Notes: a model not told the origin generated them from the sequence alone. 64,000 nt of DNA from Tubiluchus corallicola (GCA_030141605.1 JAQGDQ010000221.1:305102-369101); one strand, 5' to 3'; numbered from the stretch's first letter, positions 49,901 to 63,593 are shown. Made by a program: numbers and translations.

Positions 49901-52900
49901 TGCACATAAGAATTTTTAGTCTTTTAATTAAGGAATTAATTTTTTTTCTAATTGTCATTATTACACTTGCACAAAGTAAAAAGGTCAAATGTTTTTAGGG
50001 ATATTTGCCAGCTAATGTTGAACGTAGGAAACCCACACTGGAGCGGAAACGGGCGGAGTACTTTGGCTTCGTCCAGCAATACTACCATACAAGACACGAT
50101 GATATTCATCAGGACACGTACCGCCAGATACATATTGACATACCTCGTATGAACCCTCTCATTTCACTTTTCCAGCAGGAGATGGTGCAAGAGGTACAAG
50201 CTGCTTTTGTTTGCATTTTCTAAGATGGCTGAAATCTTATAAGATGGGTGAAGTTTTGCACAGAAATCCTACATAATACTTCCTCTCGATTTAGAATGCC
50301 TGGGCATTGTTGACATAAATCTACCAACAGCACCTTTATTTTGAATTTCCCTTCTGGTGCTGAACTTTGAAATAAAAGATAAAAAACTTAGCAGTGTAAG
50401 TGCTCTGAGGATGATGCCAAACCGCATCAAAACTTAAGCGTCAAATAGGTACCAGTATCCCTGCTAATCAACTGTATATGGTCTTTCGCCACCCCGTCTC
50501 ACTACAGTTTTAGTAAATTTATGCACAGGATATTGTATTATATTATAAATGTGTGATAGGAAACACATAACTTAAATCCTAATCTTAATGTTATTATCAA
50601 CAGTAGGCACTGTCGTCATTGCATTATTGTGACTCAAGTTCCCCAAGAAGAAAAAGTTGATATTAAACGCAATTTTAACATTAAATATTTTACTTCTATG
50701 CATTTTGTCTAGTTATTACTCGAAAATTTGAAAGCAAACCATGTCGCTGCAGGTGCATTTTAATTGTTAAACATTTCGTCATCATCATAGAATAAAATCT
50801 AGTGCATTGTATACTACTACTGAGTATTTATTTATTTAGAAATTAGGCAAAGTATTGTAAATGCTTTTATTCTATGAAGTCAATTTTTGTGATGTTGACA
50901 TCCACGTTTAACTTAATCGAATCAAGAAAGGAAGCAGTTTCTTCAGGGCATGTCAATGATGTCATTTATAAAAACCAGCCATTGTCAGAAATAAGGCTCA
51001 GGGTGCAGTAATTCAAATATTTTGTCACATCCGAAGAGCAGTTGTTATTATGTTGGACTGGCACAAATTTTGGCTGAGTGCAATCTCGGTCGTTTTGAAT
51101 AGGTTTTCTGAAATAGAAAATATTTAAAAAACACTTATAATTTGAACACTGCTATCAACTTCAGTAGTAGTAATAGCAGATGTTATTCAGCTTACACACT
51201 TGTTATGTATCGAAATGTAGTAAATAACTAATTCTCTTTTTAAAATTTCAGATATTTATGAGAATACTGTACATTTGGGCAATTCGTCATCCAGCGAGTG
51301 GCTACGTGCAGGGCATAAACGACCTGGTGACACCCTTTTTTGTTGTCTTTCTTAGCGAAGTTGTTGACGAAAGTGAGTGTGTCTAAGTTCAGTAGTTGTT
51401 TTATGATATGTTTACCCTACCATTTAATTACATATGTTTTGCATGAATAGGTATCTTAGCTGGCATCTGGAATGCATATGCGTTATGGGGGTGTGGAGTA
51501 GAGAAAATCATCTTATATTGTTTTCAATGCACCTGTTTATCAGACCTGCGTTATGTGTTATTTTTTTCTACAGCTACAGTAGTACCTCTGTTTTCGACCA
51601 TAATTCGTTCCTAAAAAGTGTTTGAAAACCGATTCGGTTGAAAACCAAATCATTTATTTCCATAAGAAATAATAATGTAGAAGCAAATAGATGGACTATA
51701 TCTCAAGCACCAAATGAACTGTAAAGTATTACTAAAACGAAATATATAGATGCAAAAATGTTTATTCAAACAGTAGATACGATCGTGGTCGTGGATTGTT
51801 ATAAGAGGTTTGTTTCTGTTTCCTTCTAGGAAGATTTTCTTCCTTGTCACACTAGTAAATTTCCTCCATTATAGGCTAACAAAGAGTTTTACATGATTGG
51901 AAAAACGCATCGCTTCTGTTATTTTCTAGATGTGAATGTAGAAAACTTTGACGTTACGCAGTTGCCAGAGGACGTAATACAGAGCATTGAAGCTGACAGC
52001 TTCTGGTGCACATCTAAACTCCTAGACGGCATTCAAGACAACTACACATTTGCTCAACCTGGAATCCAGATCAAAGTTAATGCACTCAAAGAACTAGTCA
52101 AACGTATTAATGGTAAGACATTCTTAACTTTCTTATCTCCCTCCATTGTTCTTTCCTTATAACTTGGAGGCTGTGCTCCAGCAGGGTTGTCATAAACAGA
52201 CACATTTGAGTATAGTTTATTATCCTTTTTTGTTGATTTAGCTCATAATTTAGAAACTAGGCTGTTAAAAACAAATAGTCATGTCTTACTGAATTGCTCC
52301 ACTAGGTTGAATTACGCGACGAGTGATTAGTTTAAAATAATAACAATTTTCGTAGACTTTATTGAAGATGTTAGCACTTTGTATCTGTAATTTGCCACTT
52401 ATTACGGCAAATCAATAATTTGTCAGACGATTTAAGATCTATCTAACAGGTGGCAGCACAGTACCATTTTATAGCGCACATTATGCAGAAATCGGCGCTC
52501 TAAATAGCCACTAGCTTTTTTGGAATGAGGAAACAAAAGAAATGTAATGATAATATTTTGCTAAGTGCTAAAAAACAATTTCACAAATGACAGCGCAGTT
52601 TTTATACTGTTAACAAATAACTTGGGCTATCAGGGCCACCTTAACAGCATTATAGGCCCCTGGAAAAAGAATTGTGCTGGGGCCCCTATCAGCATAACCA
52701 CTCACAGGAATAAAAATGTAAATGGTCGATAAAATTAAACATATATTTATTGTATTGTACGTTTGACAAAATTAGTGTTTAAACATTACGTAACATATTG
52801 AGCAAAGATTAATCAACACAAACATTTTAACAATATAACATGAGCCTTGAATAACACAAAAATTTCGACATATGAATGATACTCAATTTAAACCATACAA

Positions 52901-55666
52901 TTGGAGATTGTTGCACAATAACAAATGTTTATAGTTTAGCATAGTATGGTATTTATTTATTTATTGATAGCAAGTCACATACATAGATCGGCATAGGGCA
53001 CCTATGCTCATGTGGCCCCCATGCGACTGCCCAGTGTTCGATTGCATTAAGATGGCCCTGTTGGCTAATGATTAATGTAGTGTCAGAAACCACAGCCCAG
53101 TGACTAAGACTGTTCTATCTTAATACAGTACAGTTCTGTACATCTAAGTGTGCAATTTTTCTTAGTGAATGTTAATAAAATAAAGCCTATAAGTTTTCAT
53201 CTAGTTGTCTTCAAATAATTGTTAACTGCAGCTTACCCGTCAGATACCCATCTATTTATGGAACAGTTTTGCATTGCTTAACTTTGGTTTGTCTATCGCT
53301 GCTAATCCTCCCACCAAAGTGACTGATAGTGTTCCTTTTTCTTGCAGCTCCGCTCCACGACCATTTAGCCAAGCAGCAGGTAGAGTATCTCCAGTTTGCC
53401 TTCCGGTGGATGAATAACCTGCTAATGCGAGAGATTCCACTTAGGTGCACAATCCGCTTATGGGATACTTACCAGGTATGGCACCCGATGGTATAATCGG
53501 GTCGTGTAGTTGTTCATATCTCCGCGATACAGCATCTATTTTTGCCATTGTGTGTAAAAGAAACAGGCAGGTTACCACTTACCAGTCTAAGTTAGTCTGA
53601 TGTTTAACTTTTTAAGAATAATAATATTAGTTTACTGGGTAGTAAATTCTTCAATGTAAGTCATTCTTCAAAAACAATATTTACCCTGAAATTATTTTTG
53701 ATCGTTGGTTATTCTCTGTCTGACACTTAATGTAGCTTTTCTTTAATTTGTTTTTTTTTTTCATAAAGGCCTAGTGAGATTATGAAATTTTCATTTTTGG
53801 GGTTCATGTCTGGTTAAGTTATTGTACTTAATTAATTTTGCAAATTAGCTACAAGTAGCTAGACTTTAATGTCTGCTTGTATCTCTGTTTAGTCAGAACA
53901 AGATGGCTTTGCTAGTTTCCACTTGTACGTCTGCGCCGCCCTTTTACTCGAATTCTCCAAGGAGCTGCTCAAAGAGAAGGACTTTCAGGTATCTTCTTTG
54001 TTCTTTTTTGCACTCTGCAGTAAGACACCAACACGAAAATAATTACTCATAGAGTCCTCAGAAACATTTATTCTTGTATATAAAATAAAAATAATAAATC
54101 TGACTGCTTACAAACCACAGTTGTCGTATTCACCCGACTCTGTTGTGCTTTGGCCCGAAGAAATTTACATCATTAGTGCTGATAATAATCATGAGGGAAG
54201 AACATGCAACTGTCCGCTATTACGAAAGTTTTCTGCTGCTAAAATCACAAAGCCTGGACTAAATGTGTTGAATATGTCAAAAATGTCATGTTCAAAAGTA
54301 TACTGCAAATAACCTATCTTGCTCATGGGGGGGGGGGGGGCAAGAGTTGACTGATCTCAATTGATTTCCTTTTGTGAATCTCCAGAAAAATGGGTAGTGG
54401 ATGCTATATTTGTTAAAACATGTTTCTGCTGTACTAAGTTGAAACACAACACAACGGATCAATATAGCTGACATCTTATAATTATTTGCAACATTTGTGT
54501 AATGACTTTGTGAAGCCTAAACTTTCACTGTTTTTTATGCATTTACGTAATTTATGCATGTGTAAATGACATTTACTGTTGCGTTAAGCAGAGTAGATTG
54601 ATATCTGTCAACTACATGATCCCTGCAGGAATTGCTGGTGCTGGATAAGGGAAGGCAGTAACTGATTTGTTTGCTTTTCTAGCCTGCCTGTTTATTCAAC
54701 TTCCGTTACGTAAAACTGTTATGCAAACAATTTGCTAGTTTCATCGGTTCACATTTTAACTGATTTTTATTGAAATTATTCGCTAGTTGTTTGTAAAAAA
54801 TTTAGATTTCTTAAGAATTTATTATGCTATTTGACTAAAATGTCAAAATAAATGAAAGATGTTGGCTTTATAACTGTTGCTCTTGTTAACTCGCTTAGCT
54901 CAGGTCATGATTTCAAAAATTTTCAGAAAACTTTTGTGAAGTTTTCCTAGTTTTGATTGTGTAAATCGTGAATTGAATACTTACTTGTCTGAAATGTTGT
55001 ATGTTTCTCAGAGATTTTTTAGCTTCATAACGCAAGTTTTCTGATATTTTAATCTAAATTGAAAAACTCATTGGTTTTAACGTTGTTGTTATTTTCTTCA
55101 TGTATTTTGTACCCACATTAGACATTTATAAGTTTATGTAAATTTATTATCTCAGTGGTATGTGATATTAGAGTTGTAACAATTGTAGAGTGTGATAGAG
55201 CATATATATTGTGTGCGTGCATGCATGCATGCGTGCGTGCGTGGATAGATCGCTATAGCAAAATAAACTTAAACTTAATTTAAATTTCTAAAACTAATGA
55301 AAATCTAAATATCGCTTTTAGTGGTCATGAGTAGCTGAGAAATGTCTTTATTACATACACAAGTGGTTTAAAACTAATCTTATTGTAAATAAATAAGTAT
55401 ATTCAGTTTGATTCTATAACCACACAAACTTATGACATAAGTTTAGCAGTGAAAAACACAAGCTAGAGACTGGGAAAGACAACATAGTCTCTCATTTTTG
55501 AAAAAAAATTATACATTTTCAGGGCATAATGCTGATGCTGCAGAATCTTCCTACAGCACATTGGGGCAACGAAGAGGTTAGTCAGTTACTGGCGCAGGCC
55601 TATCAACTCAAGTACATGTTCGCTGATGCACCGAATCACATCTACCAGAAGCAGACAGCACGGTAA
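44479..55666 (+). CDS. TBC1D22: TBC1 domain family member 22 (Gyp1-like Rab GTPase-activating protein), 11 exons, 504 aa
   Basis: Exons: 44479-44534, 46039-46089, 46489-46796, 48103-48264, 48795-48865, 49999-50193, 51252-51372, 51930-52112, 53348-53475, 53893-53988, 55523-55666. GT-AG introns, consistent phases, total 1515 nt. Motifs: FWKK...PGSIKPVYGAQHPP, DAWDAGDDD, LRELSWSGIP, QIHIDIPR (Arg finger), HPASGYVQGINDL (Gln finger), LLDGIQDNYTFAQPG, YLQFAFRWMNNLLMRE, RLWDTY, LQNLPT.HW, LKYMFADAPNH. Confidence 0.96.
46242..46442 (+). repeat. (GTAAG/ATAAG)n pentanucleotide microsatellite in TBC1D22 intron 2
   Basis: gtaaggtaaggtaag... array ending about 45 nt before the exon 3 acceptor. Confidence 0.95.
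46921..46953. repeat. (AT)n microsatellite
   Basis: Perfect atatat run. Confidence 0.95.
50400..50447 (+). ncRNA. Degenerate hammerhead-ribozyme-like motif (Penelope-type)
   Basis: CTGAGGA-T-GATGC-caaacc-GCATC-AAAAC-TTAAGC-GTC; the core GAAA reads AAAA and stem I is poor, so it is probably inactive. Confidence 0.35.
51577..51760 (+). mobile_element. Tigger/pogo-like (Tc1-mariner) terminal fragment
   Basis: TA|CAGTAGTACCTCTGTTTTCGACCATAATTCGTTCC...; second TIR not found, right boundary approximate. Confidence 0.5.
52631..53060. mobile_element. hAT (Tip100-like) MITE
   Basis: TIRs CAGGGCCACCTTAA / TTAAGATGGCCCTG; flanks TGGGCTAT / TTGGCTAA (6/8); GGCCCC subterminal motifs. Confidence 0.75.
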
Positions 55667-57852
55667 TAACGGCTCTTGGGGCTGGACTAAACTAAGCTTA
55701 GTGTAATTATTGCAAATGTGCTATACTCAAGTGGGCTATTTTCTAACGTAAATTGTTTTTACAATAACTGTAGTTAATGTCGTTGTACTTTGTCTGTGTT
55801 GGAATGCTATGGTCAGCATTTGAATAAGTCACTAATATGTGAAAAATCTTTAACTGCAAATGTATCCTGTTATTACATGTAAATACTTAATATGCTAAAA
55901 GCTAAATTTCTGTTTGTGATACAGATCTACATTACATCTACACATTAATCAGTGCAAAATAGTTAACAGTGACGTCATATATTCATTCATCTTGCATTTT
56001 CGTACTTGATATCATAAATTTATAAATAAAACGAAATAGGCATTTTTATGACGCGTAATATATGAGTCTTATGAGTCTACCGCAAATTGATTTAATTCTA
56101 ACTAAATGTCATCTGTGCTATTCAAACGATAAGTTACTTACATTAAATCAGATCTATAATGAGGTATTCTAAATTAATTACATTTGTTTTGCACTCTTAA
56201 TGTCATATCACCTACTCAAATTCCAGTATAGCCATTACTCTTGAATCTGTTGACATCATTTTATTAACTTTTTTTATGGAATTTTACTAGCTAGATTACT
56301 GCATTGCTTAGCAAGCGAATACAGTATTTGTTTTGTTATTTTGTACATAATGTTGAATTTTTTTGTATAAATTTATGCTTAAATATATCTCTGTTTCATA
56401 TGAACTAGGTGATTGTTTAATGTAGTAAATTTGTAATTTTGAAAAAAGTGTGTTAAAGCTTCGGATGTTTGTTAAAATTTGAAAACATAATTTTATGGCA
56501 AGTGCAATGAAATGATAGTGGTAGTTAAATGAGAACGTCAGCAGCTAATGTTATTATTAAGGCAATATTGTTCAAAGACTTACTTCACTCTACAAAATCA
56601 ATTTTCCTGAAAGTAGTAAATGACGGCTTAATTATAATTGAAATAATAGAAGGGACGGAGCAGTTCCATAAGTCTCTAATTGTGCAAGTTGCAACATTAA
56701 ATATGACATCAAAATTATCCTAGTATTTATTAGCTATTAGTTGCCATGTCATTATACTTACAATCGAAAAATTCCTGTTTCAAATCTGGGCACTGTCCGC
56801 ACTTTTTCTCATTTTTAATTTTTTGGCTAGATTGGATTTCAAACACTGAGGAATTGTGGCTTCATTAAAAATTATAAATGTAAGCCTTAACAATATATAT
56901 TCTTGCAATCCAAGGCATGAATAATTGGACATTATTGGTTCAATGATAATTTTCATGAATGACTTCAGCTACATGTTCGTATTACAAACAGTATAGGTGA
57001 GGCCAACAATTTTGCAAAGAAGTCGTAATAATTCATATGTTAAATAAGGTCCTGATGTAAACTAGGTTAGGCCTCTGTACATTTAAACTAACTGGATGAT
57101 TAGCTGTTAACCTTTTAAAAAATAGCATACTCACAGTTTTGTTAAATCTCGATATTTCAAAGTATAAGGTGCGTGTTACATCATTTACATACATTTGCGT
57201 ACTACTAAAAAGTATGTGACTAATTTTTATTTTAGAATTCTAAGTTGGGCATGTATGTAACTAAGTATTAACTATGAGCCTGTTAAGAGTATTAGTGCAG
57301 CAAATAAGAAATGCGTGCCTTATAATTATTGCAATGCTATCGACGTCATTGACACAGATGAAATTTGCAAATTGTTTCTCATTGATGTTGGATTTTTACG
57401 ATAGACAATCTTTTCTGATCTCGATTATTTTGTTTCTTTTCTTTTGAGTTTCCTAAGAAAATTGTCTTGGTTTCTTTTTCGATTGAGTACTAATTATATT
57501 AACTGTCTGTGATGCGCACAATTAGTAAATTAATTTTACAGTTCTGACAATGCGTAGAACTGTATTGAACAAAATTATTTCATTTAGGTTGCAGTTTTAT
57601 AGAAGCAGGGCTTAGAGTGACATCTTTTGATCGGCTTATGAAAAATTGAGTAGAAAATCAGCTCTAAAAATGGTCAAGGACTAATTACGTAGTTTAACAA
57701 ACTTAACTTCTCAATACACTTAATTTCAGCCCTTTTCTGACAGACATAACTTAAATGTAACCCTTGTTTATGTTAAAGGTACATTAGCATTTGTCAGTTT
57801 ACTTACTTTAGTAGATGATGATGCCTACGCCGTAGTGTCCCAGTAGTGGTAT

Positions 57853-58204
57853 ATTATGCATGTCGTGGTGGCATCTAAACACCAGTAGGGGGGGGGGGGA
57901 TATTGTGAGCTCCTGCTTATACATGTCGTGGCGGCATCTAAACACCAGTAGTATGGAGTATTGTGAGCTCTTGATTATGCATGTCGAGGCAGCATCTAAA
58001 CACCAGTAGGAGGGAGTATTGTGAGCTCTTGATTATACATGTCGTGGCGGCATCTAAACACCAGTAGGAGGGAGTATTGTGAGCTCTTGATTATGCATGT
58101 CGTGGCGGCATCTAAACACCAGTAGGAGGGAGTATTGTGAGCTCTTGATTATGCATGTTGTGGCGGCATCTAAACACCAGTAGTAGGGAACATTGTGAGC
58201 TCCT
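57853..58204. repeat. 58-bp minisatellite x6
   Basis: ttatgcatgtcgtggcggcatctaaacaccagtaggagggagtattgtgagctcttga, head to tail with no unique spacers. Confidence 0.95.
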
Positions 58205-59762
58205 GTTCGATTTAGACGATTAAAACATAGTAAGACATGTCACACCTACCATACTCTCTGCTATTTGCCTCATTGGGGGAGGATGAACGCCACAGAGACA
58301 TCTCTCTGAATTCATTGTTTCATTCGTTCTCTGTAGTTTCATCTCAGTGGATTGTCCTTCATAATGAGATGGGTACCAGTCCTGCTGCAACCATTAAGTG
58401 TTTAACTTAATGCACTATTTTTTGTGCATGTATATATTCTTGCATAGTTTGTAAATTTTTTGAAATTATGTTCTTTTTTTAAAACCACACATTCAAATAA
58501 GGTTTTTGTATAAATAATGGTTGCTAAAATAATCTTTCAGATTTTTTTAACTCCGTGAGGTCACTTTCAAGTGGTCTAATAAACATGGTTAACCTTTTAA
58601 AAAGTCTAGTTCTAAGTGGTCCAACGAACATTCAACATGCTCTAGCTCTGGTAAATTGGTTAAACACATCAAAAGTCAAAAATGTGGATAATTAATTATT
58701 TCAAGAAATGTGATATTTAACTTGCTGCACTTTGACTTTTTTGTTGCATAGAACTATTCTATACGTTTCCTTTAAAAATAAGATGTGAAATACTTGCCGT
58801 GTTAATGGCAAAATTTTGTAATGATTGTCCATAATTGTAACCAGTTATTACTTGCATGAAGGTGGGGTTGGGGGTCAATATGAATCTGATTAAGTATACT
58901 AGGGCGTGCACGAGTTTCGTGTCCCGGGGGTAGGGTGGGGAGGCGTGTCTACGATAACGCGCTTTAACTGTCTTCCGTAGATATAAGAGATTTGTATATC
59001 TTTAATAGATATTTGTGTAATTGTTATCTTACAAAGCTGTATGAACAAATGATCAAGATACTTGTATATATTGGGCTAAGAATAAAAGTAAGTTATCAAG
59101 AAACATATTCTGTTGGATACTTGGTGTATCATTTTAGTGCTACTGTATTTTCGTATTATGGCTACCGTTTTAGAGAAAAGCATTAGTTTGGCAATATGTT
59201 GACATCTCTGACATGGCTTAGATAGCATCATTGGATAGACATTGTTTTGGATAAGACATACATGCTTAACAACTTCACAACAACTTCATTCAAACAAGAA
59301 ACTTGTGTACATGATAAACTTTGACGTGCTGCCAGTCATTTGGCTGACTATTGACCACTGTACATGCATCGTAGTCACTTAACATCTTAACTTCATCGGT
59401 TCATAACAAAATCAGCCATCAATTTTTGGTTAGGCTTGACCAATGAAAACGATTGGTAAGCAATCTGCATAAAACTCTAAAACGAGTTAAGATGCGGGAA
59501 ATATTCAGGTTTAAGAATGACAGTGCAAAGTTAGCTCAGTGAGATTGTTCAGCGTGTAGGTTGACTCAATGGCAACGACTATTAGTTTACCGCAACTGTG
59601 TTTAGTTGCTCGGAGTAGCTGTCTGACTGTTTTTGTTTGGTAATTTTAGACTTTAATGCTTCTGAGCAGGAGCAATGGTCCTTGAATTTCAGACTTTGCG
59701 TGCGCCTGGCGGGTTCAAAAAGGCGAAGTCTTATATTCAAAGAACAGCATCGGATCAAAAAG

Positions 59763-59883
59763 TTATAATCACTGAAACCAGAGAGTGTCACTATTACACA
59801 CTACCGCAGTTCAGTCGACAGTCTTATAATCACTGAAACCAGAGAGTGTCACTATTATGCACTGCCGCAGTTCAGTCGACGTC
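59763..59883. repeat. 61-bp tandem duplication
   Basis: ttataatcactgaaaccagagagtgtcactatta..cact.ccgcagttcagtcgac x2. Confidence 0.9.
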
Positions 59884-59916
59884 TCTCGTTAATTCTACCT
59901 CCTGGTTCCTTGTCGT

Positions 59917-60423
59917 AGGCGGATCCAGGAGGGGGCGCAGTGCTCCCCGTTTTTGCCATTCATGTTATTTCAAAATACATCTATGTTGAATACAGAATAC
60001 ACCATGTTGTTTGTTTCTCTACGTAACCGGGTTTGTGTGGGTATTTTCTTGTCAAGTCCAGAAAAATTCTTAACCAAAAAGTAAAAAAATAAAAAGTCGC
60101 GCAGCCGGACCAGCTTAGCAAGTCGCAGTTTGAAAATCAGGCCCTCTGAAAATCGACTTGACGATTCGTTCTCAATAGTTCTCACCGGCAAACTTCTCGA
60201 AATTGAAGTAATGATTGGTGTTATGGGCCTGGACTCAGATGTGTTCAGAATGCAGAAAACCGGTCCCAAATTTTCAAAATTTTCCTGGGGGCGAACCTCT
60301 TCAGACTCCCCTTTCCGGCTCCCACCTTTGATGCTCGAGGGCGCCCGCTCCACGGTAGTATACCAAACATTTTTTCATTATTTAGCATTCCGACGCCCCC
60401 TTTCTAAAAACCCGGATCCGCCC
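59917..60423. mobile_element. Non-autonomous DNA transposon (GGCGGATCC termini; Harbinger- or hAT-like)
   Basis: TIRs AGGCGGATCCAG / CCGGATCCGCCC; GC-rich subtermini; TSD not resolved. Confidence 0.65.
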
Positions 60424-62438
60424 AGTCCCAGTTTTATTTCGTGGCGTATATAGGCCAGAAAAGGAAGCCTCAAGCCGGTCACGCGATTCAGAATAAAATT
60501 TACAGTTATAACCTCTTGAATTCTAGAATCGAATTAAACTCTGGATCGGAGTCATCAATCCAACAACTTCAGATAATGGCCGAGAAATCAATAATTTTCT
60601 TCAGCTAAACAATAGAAGAATAATTAAGAAATATCGACTTTCAAAAATGCAGCAAAGTCACTTGTGGCCTGTCAATTATTTTGTGTGTGATGTTTTCATA
60701 AAAGAACTCCCTAAATACCTGCCAGGAGTCAAGCAGCAAACCTAACCGCTACAGGCCACAAGCGCTAAAATAATAAGAACATCTACGGAAAACCGGCCAA
60801 TGTGCCAAGTTACTAAGCAAATTAATTGAAGTTAAATAATATCCGGGTGGAAGCACGGGATGAAATCCTGGGATTGCAGCTGACTGCTACCTGTTTTAAC
60901 AATGAAAACATCGCAGTTGAATTTGGAACAATACATCACAAGTGCAAAGGTCAAGTGATGACCTTGACTTAAAGTTTCTGCACTAGGCAAGTTAGCCCTA
61001 GGCATTTCGATTATAATGACTCGATAACGAACATAACGAACAGCCACACCCTCTTACAATCAACCCATAACGCTTAGCCTACAGCAGCCATTATTTCTTG
61101 TACCAAGAAAATACCTTCCACTGAACCCGGTCAGCAAGCAGCAAACATGACTACGTATTTGCTTAACACCCTCCGGGTGTCCCACGAATTAAATTTAAGC
61201 ATGGATGCGCCCTGGACCACTGACTTGATTTTTCCCTAAGTTATTTGCGCACTGTAGCAGACGGCTGCGTCGAGCGTAGCATCTTCAGTTGCTACTGTTA
61301 CAGTTATTATTATAAAACACCAAAAGACACCATTTTTAGTGATATTTCGAAGACGCACAGCAGTCACTGTACAAGAGGCTGTAGCAGCGCATTAATTGTT
61401 GCAGATCATATTGAAGTTATTTTAGAATGATTATGTGAACTAATTCTATCGTAGCAATCAAGCCCAGAAGTGTTGGTGCTGATTCAAGTTCAAAAGTGGT
61501 TTCTTTCGTATAGCTGCACACTGGGCCAGGTTCATGGAAGTGATGGCAAATTCTAGTACGCTCAGGTAAGCATAAAAACAAAAAATTGTAATATCTTCTA
61601 ATTTCTGTAAAGCTTTGTACTTTCCTGCTTTTCTTCGTTTGCTAGTGAGACAGAGATTCCTTTTTTCTTATGTAACTCATTAGTTCCCAAAATAATCATT
61701 AAGTTAAAAGTTTTCCTAATCTTTTTTTAGTTTATTTTAGTTCATTTTTATTCCATTTGCCATGACCAAATAATACATAAATATTGTGGAAGTACTTAAT
61801 TAAAAGAAAGAACGATGTAAATAATAAAGTTGATCAATCTCACTTTAGTAATAGTTTCAAATGATGGCGATATCATTTCTGTGTTGATGCATAACGTGAT
61901 GGCATCTGTTAGTTTCTCCTTTTAATGACCCCCCTAATGTGAATGGTAGATTGCCGCTTCATAACATCTTCCTTATAATCAAATTTACTAAAGCGCGCTG
62001 ACACACGACCAGCTGTAGTCATAGCCCTCATAAAATGGAACACCCCAAAAGAGAACTGGATAAGACAGTCAGTGTTGACGTTTCTCATAAAGTGAATGTG
62101 ATGCACTGAATTTTTTTTTTGCTAATAAGTTAGTTAGTTAAGTAATTATGCGTGCCAAGACAGAATACAGCAGTGCTACCTCGCATGAAATTATTGCATT
62201 TATGTAATACAGTACATGCGGCAGACGTATAAAGACTGATTTTCACTGTAGTCTGAAGTCACGTGTTGTGTACTGTCCAGCAGTTTATCGTGCCATCCGT
62301 GAAATAAGTTTTTTAAACTTGTCTAAGTTGTGTTTGAATAAATGACTGTTTTGAGACACACCTAAGCAGTAAGCAGACTTGTTGACGAATGGCGTGAATG
62401 ATAAGGACCGGTTCACATTGAATTATACATGTGCAGTA

Positions 62439-62489
62439 CGAATCCAGGTCATAAAGTCACAGGTAAAAAGTCAGAGGAAAAAATTCCCA
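62439..62489. repeat. Terminal fragment of the same element family as 32295-32624
   Basis: CGAATCCAGGTCATAAAGTCACAGGTAAAAAGTCAGAGG closely matches the reverse complement of ...CCTGTGACTTTTTACCTGGATTCG at 32601-32624. Confidence 0.8.
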
Positions 62490-63593
62490 GATTGGATGAT
62501 GTTTGTAGAAAACTTTCAAATGAGGAGATTGTTTTGTGCTGACTCGATGTGCGGTAGACACACAACGGAGATTATGGGAAGCACACTCATCATCGTCACC
62601 GGCGTCAGGCTCTGTTGTGTCAATGTTATGACAACTATCTGCACTGTCTTGACTGTAGTCTTCCTCAAAGCTGATGGTCTGACGGGCTCTGGCGAAATAT
62701 TCCTTATCTTCCTCTGGTAGGTACTGGCACGTACTGAGAAAATGTTGAAATTTAGCACGACCCGCTTGTTTGCATAACGGGCAAATTTTTGTTGAACGAC
62801 GCGGTTGCTTTTTCCGAATCAACGGCTGTTTGCATTTGGAATAAGCTGGAAACTGTTGGAAGGCTGTGCGTAACACTTTAGCATCGGCTGATGCCTGAAG
62901 TTCCTCTAGCAAAGAATCTAGTGCCAATGAAATTTCTGGCTTCAGTGAGGCAAGTGTTTTTGATCTTAGCTCTGTACCGTACTTTTGCTTGACTAAGCTG
63001 GGTAGCCCAGGATGTAAAAGTCGAAGCCAAGTCAGAATGATTAGGTTCTCTAAGGTAGGTGTAATTTCCTCATCACTAATTGGATTCTCACTGTGATGCT
63101 GTATACCACCTGCAGCGCGTAAGAGGTTATCCTCAATGAAACTATTTAAACGCTGGAAAAGATCTTCTGGACGTTCGTCTGGCTGCATATGAATATTATT
63201 AAAATCCAAAAAATGACCACCTGTTGTTTGGAATCCGAAGTGCTGTCTAATTGTTTGCCATATACTAGTCAATGATGTTGAGTTTTTGACAATGGAATTT
63301 CTAGAAATAATCGGACAATAGTTGGCAATCTGTCGCAGCATTAAGTCCAGATGAGTGGTCTTTTGTGCGGCTGTTCGGCGGTTTGCAATGGGAACATTTT
63401 CATCATCATCTTGCAGACCTCGTAAAGGTGCTGCATTTGTTTTCTTATGCCAGGTCGCACCTTCAACTAAAAATTCTGCAAAATTCTGATCTAGCGATAG
63501 AGTGTATTGCAAATTTTGGCGCCATGCTTCAAATGATGTAATTGTCTCTTGTTTTGTCAGACACCACTGTTTTGGAGCACGAGTAGTGGCCAT
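62457..63593 (-). mobile_element. Truncated Ty3/Gypsy-like LTR retrotransposon gag(-pol) ORF
   Basis: Intronless 378-aa ORF MATTRAPKQWCLTKQETITSFEAWRQNL... with capsid-like QPDERPEDLFQRL and CCHC knuckle CPLC-x9-H-x4-C. The last 10 residues come from the abutting repeat, so pol is missing. PBS-like TGGTGGCTGCCGGTG at 63795-63781. The family assignment is from recalled similarity, not a search. Confidence 0.75.

Noticed and set aside
57853-58204. CRISPR-like array (also considered for 40513-40667 and 32397-32617)
   Set aside because: Units are head to tail with no unique spacers, no cas genes, eukaryotic context
59970-60453. 127-aa and 107-aa overlapping ORFs
   Set aside because: Lie essentially within a non-autonomous DNA transposon; no transposase motifs
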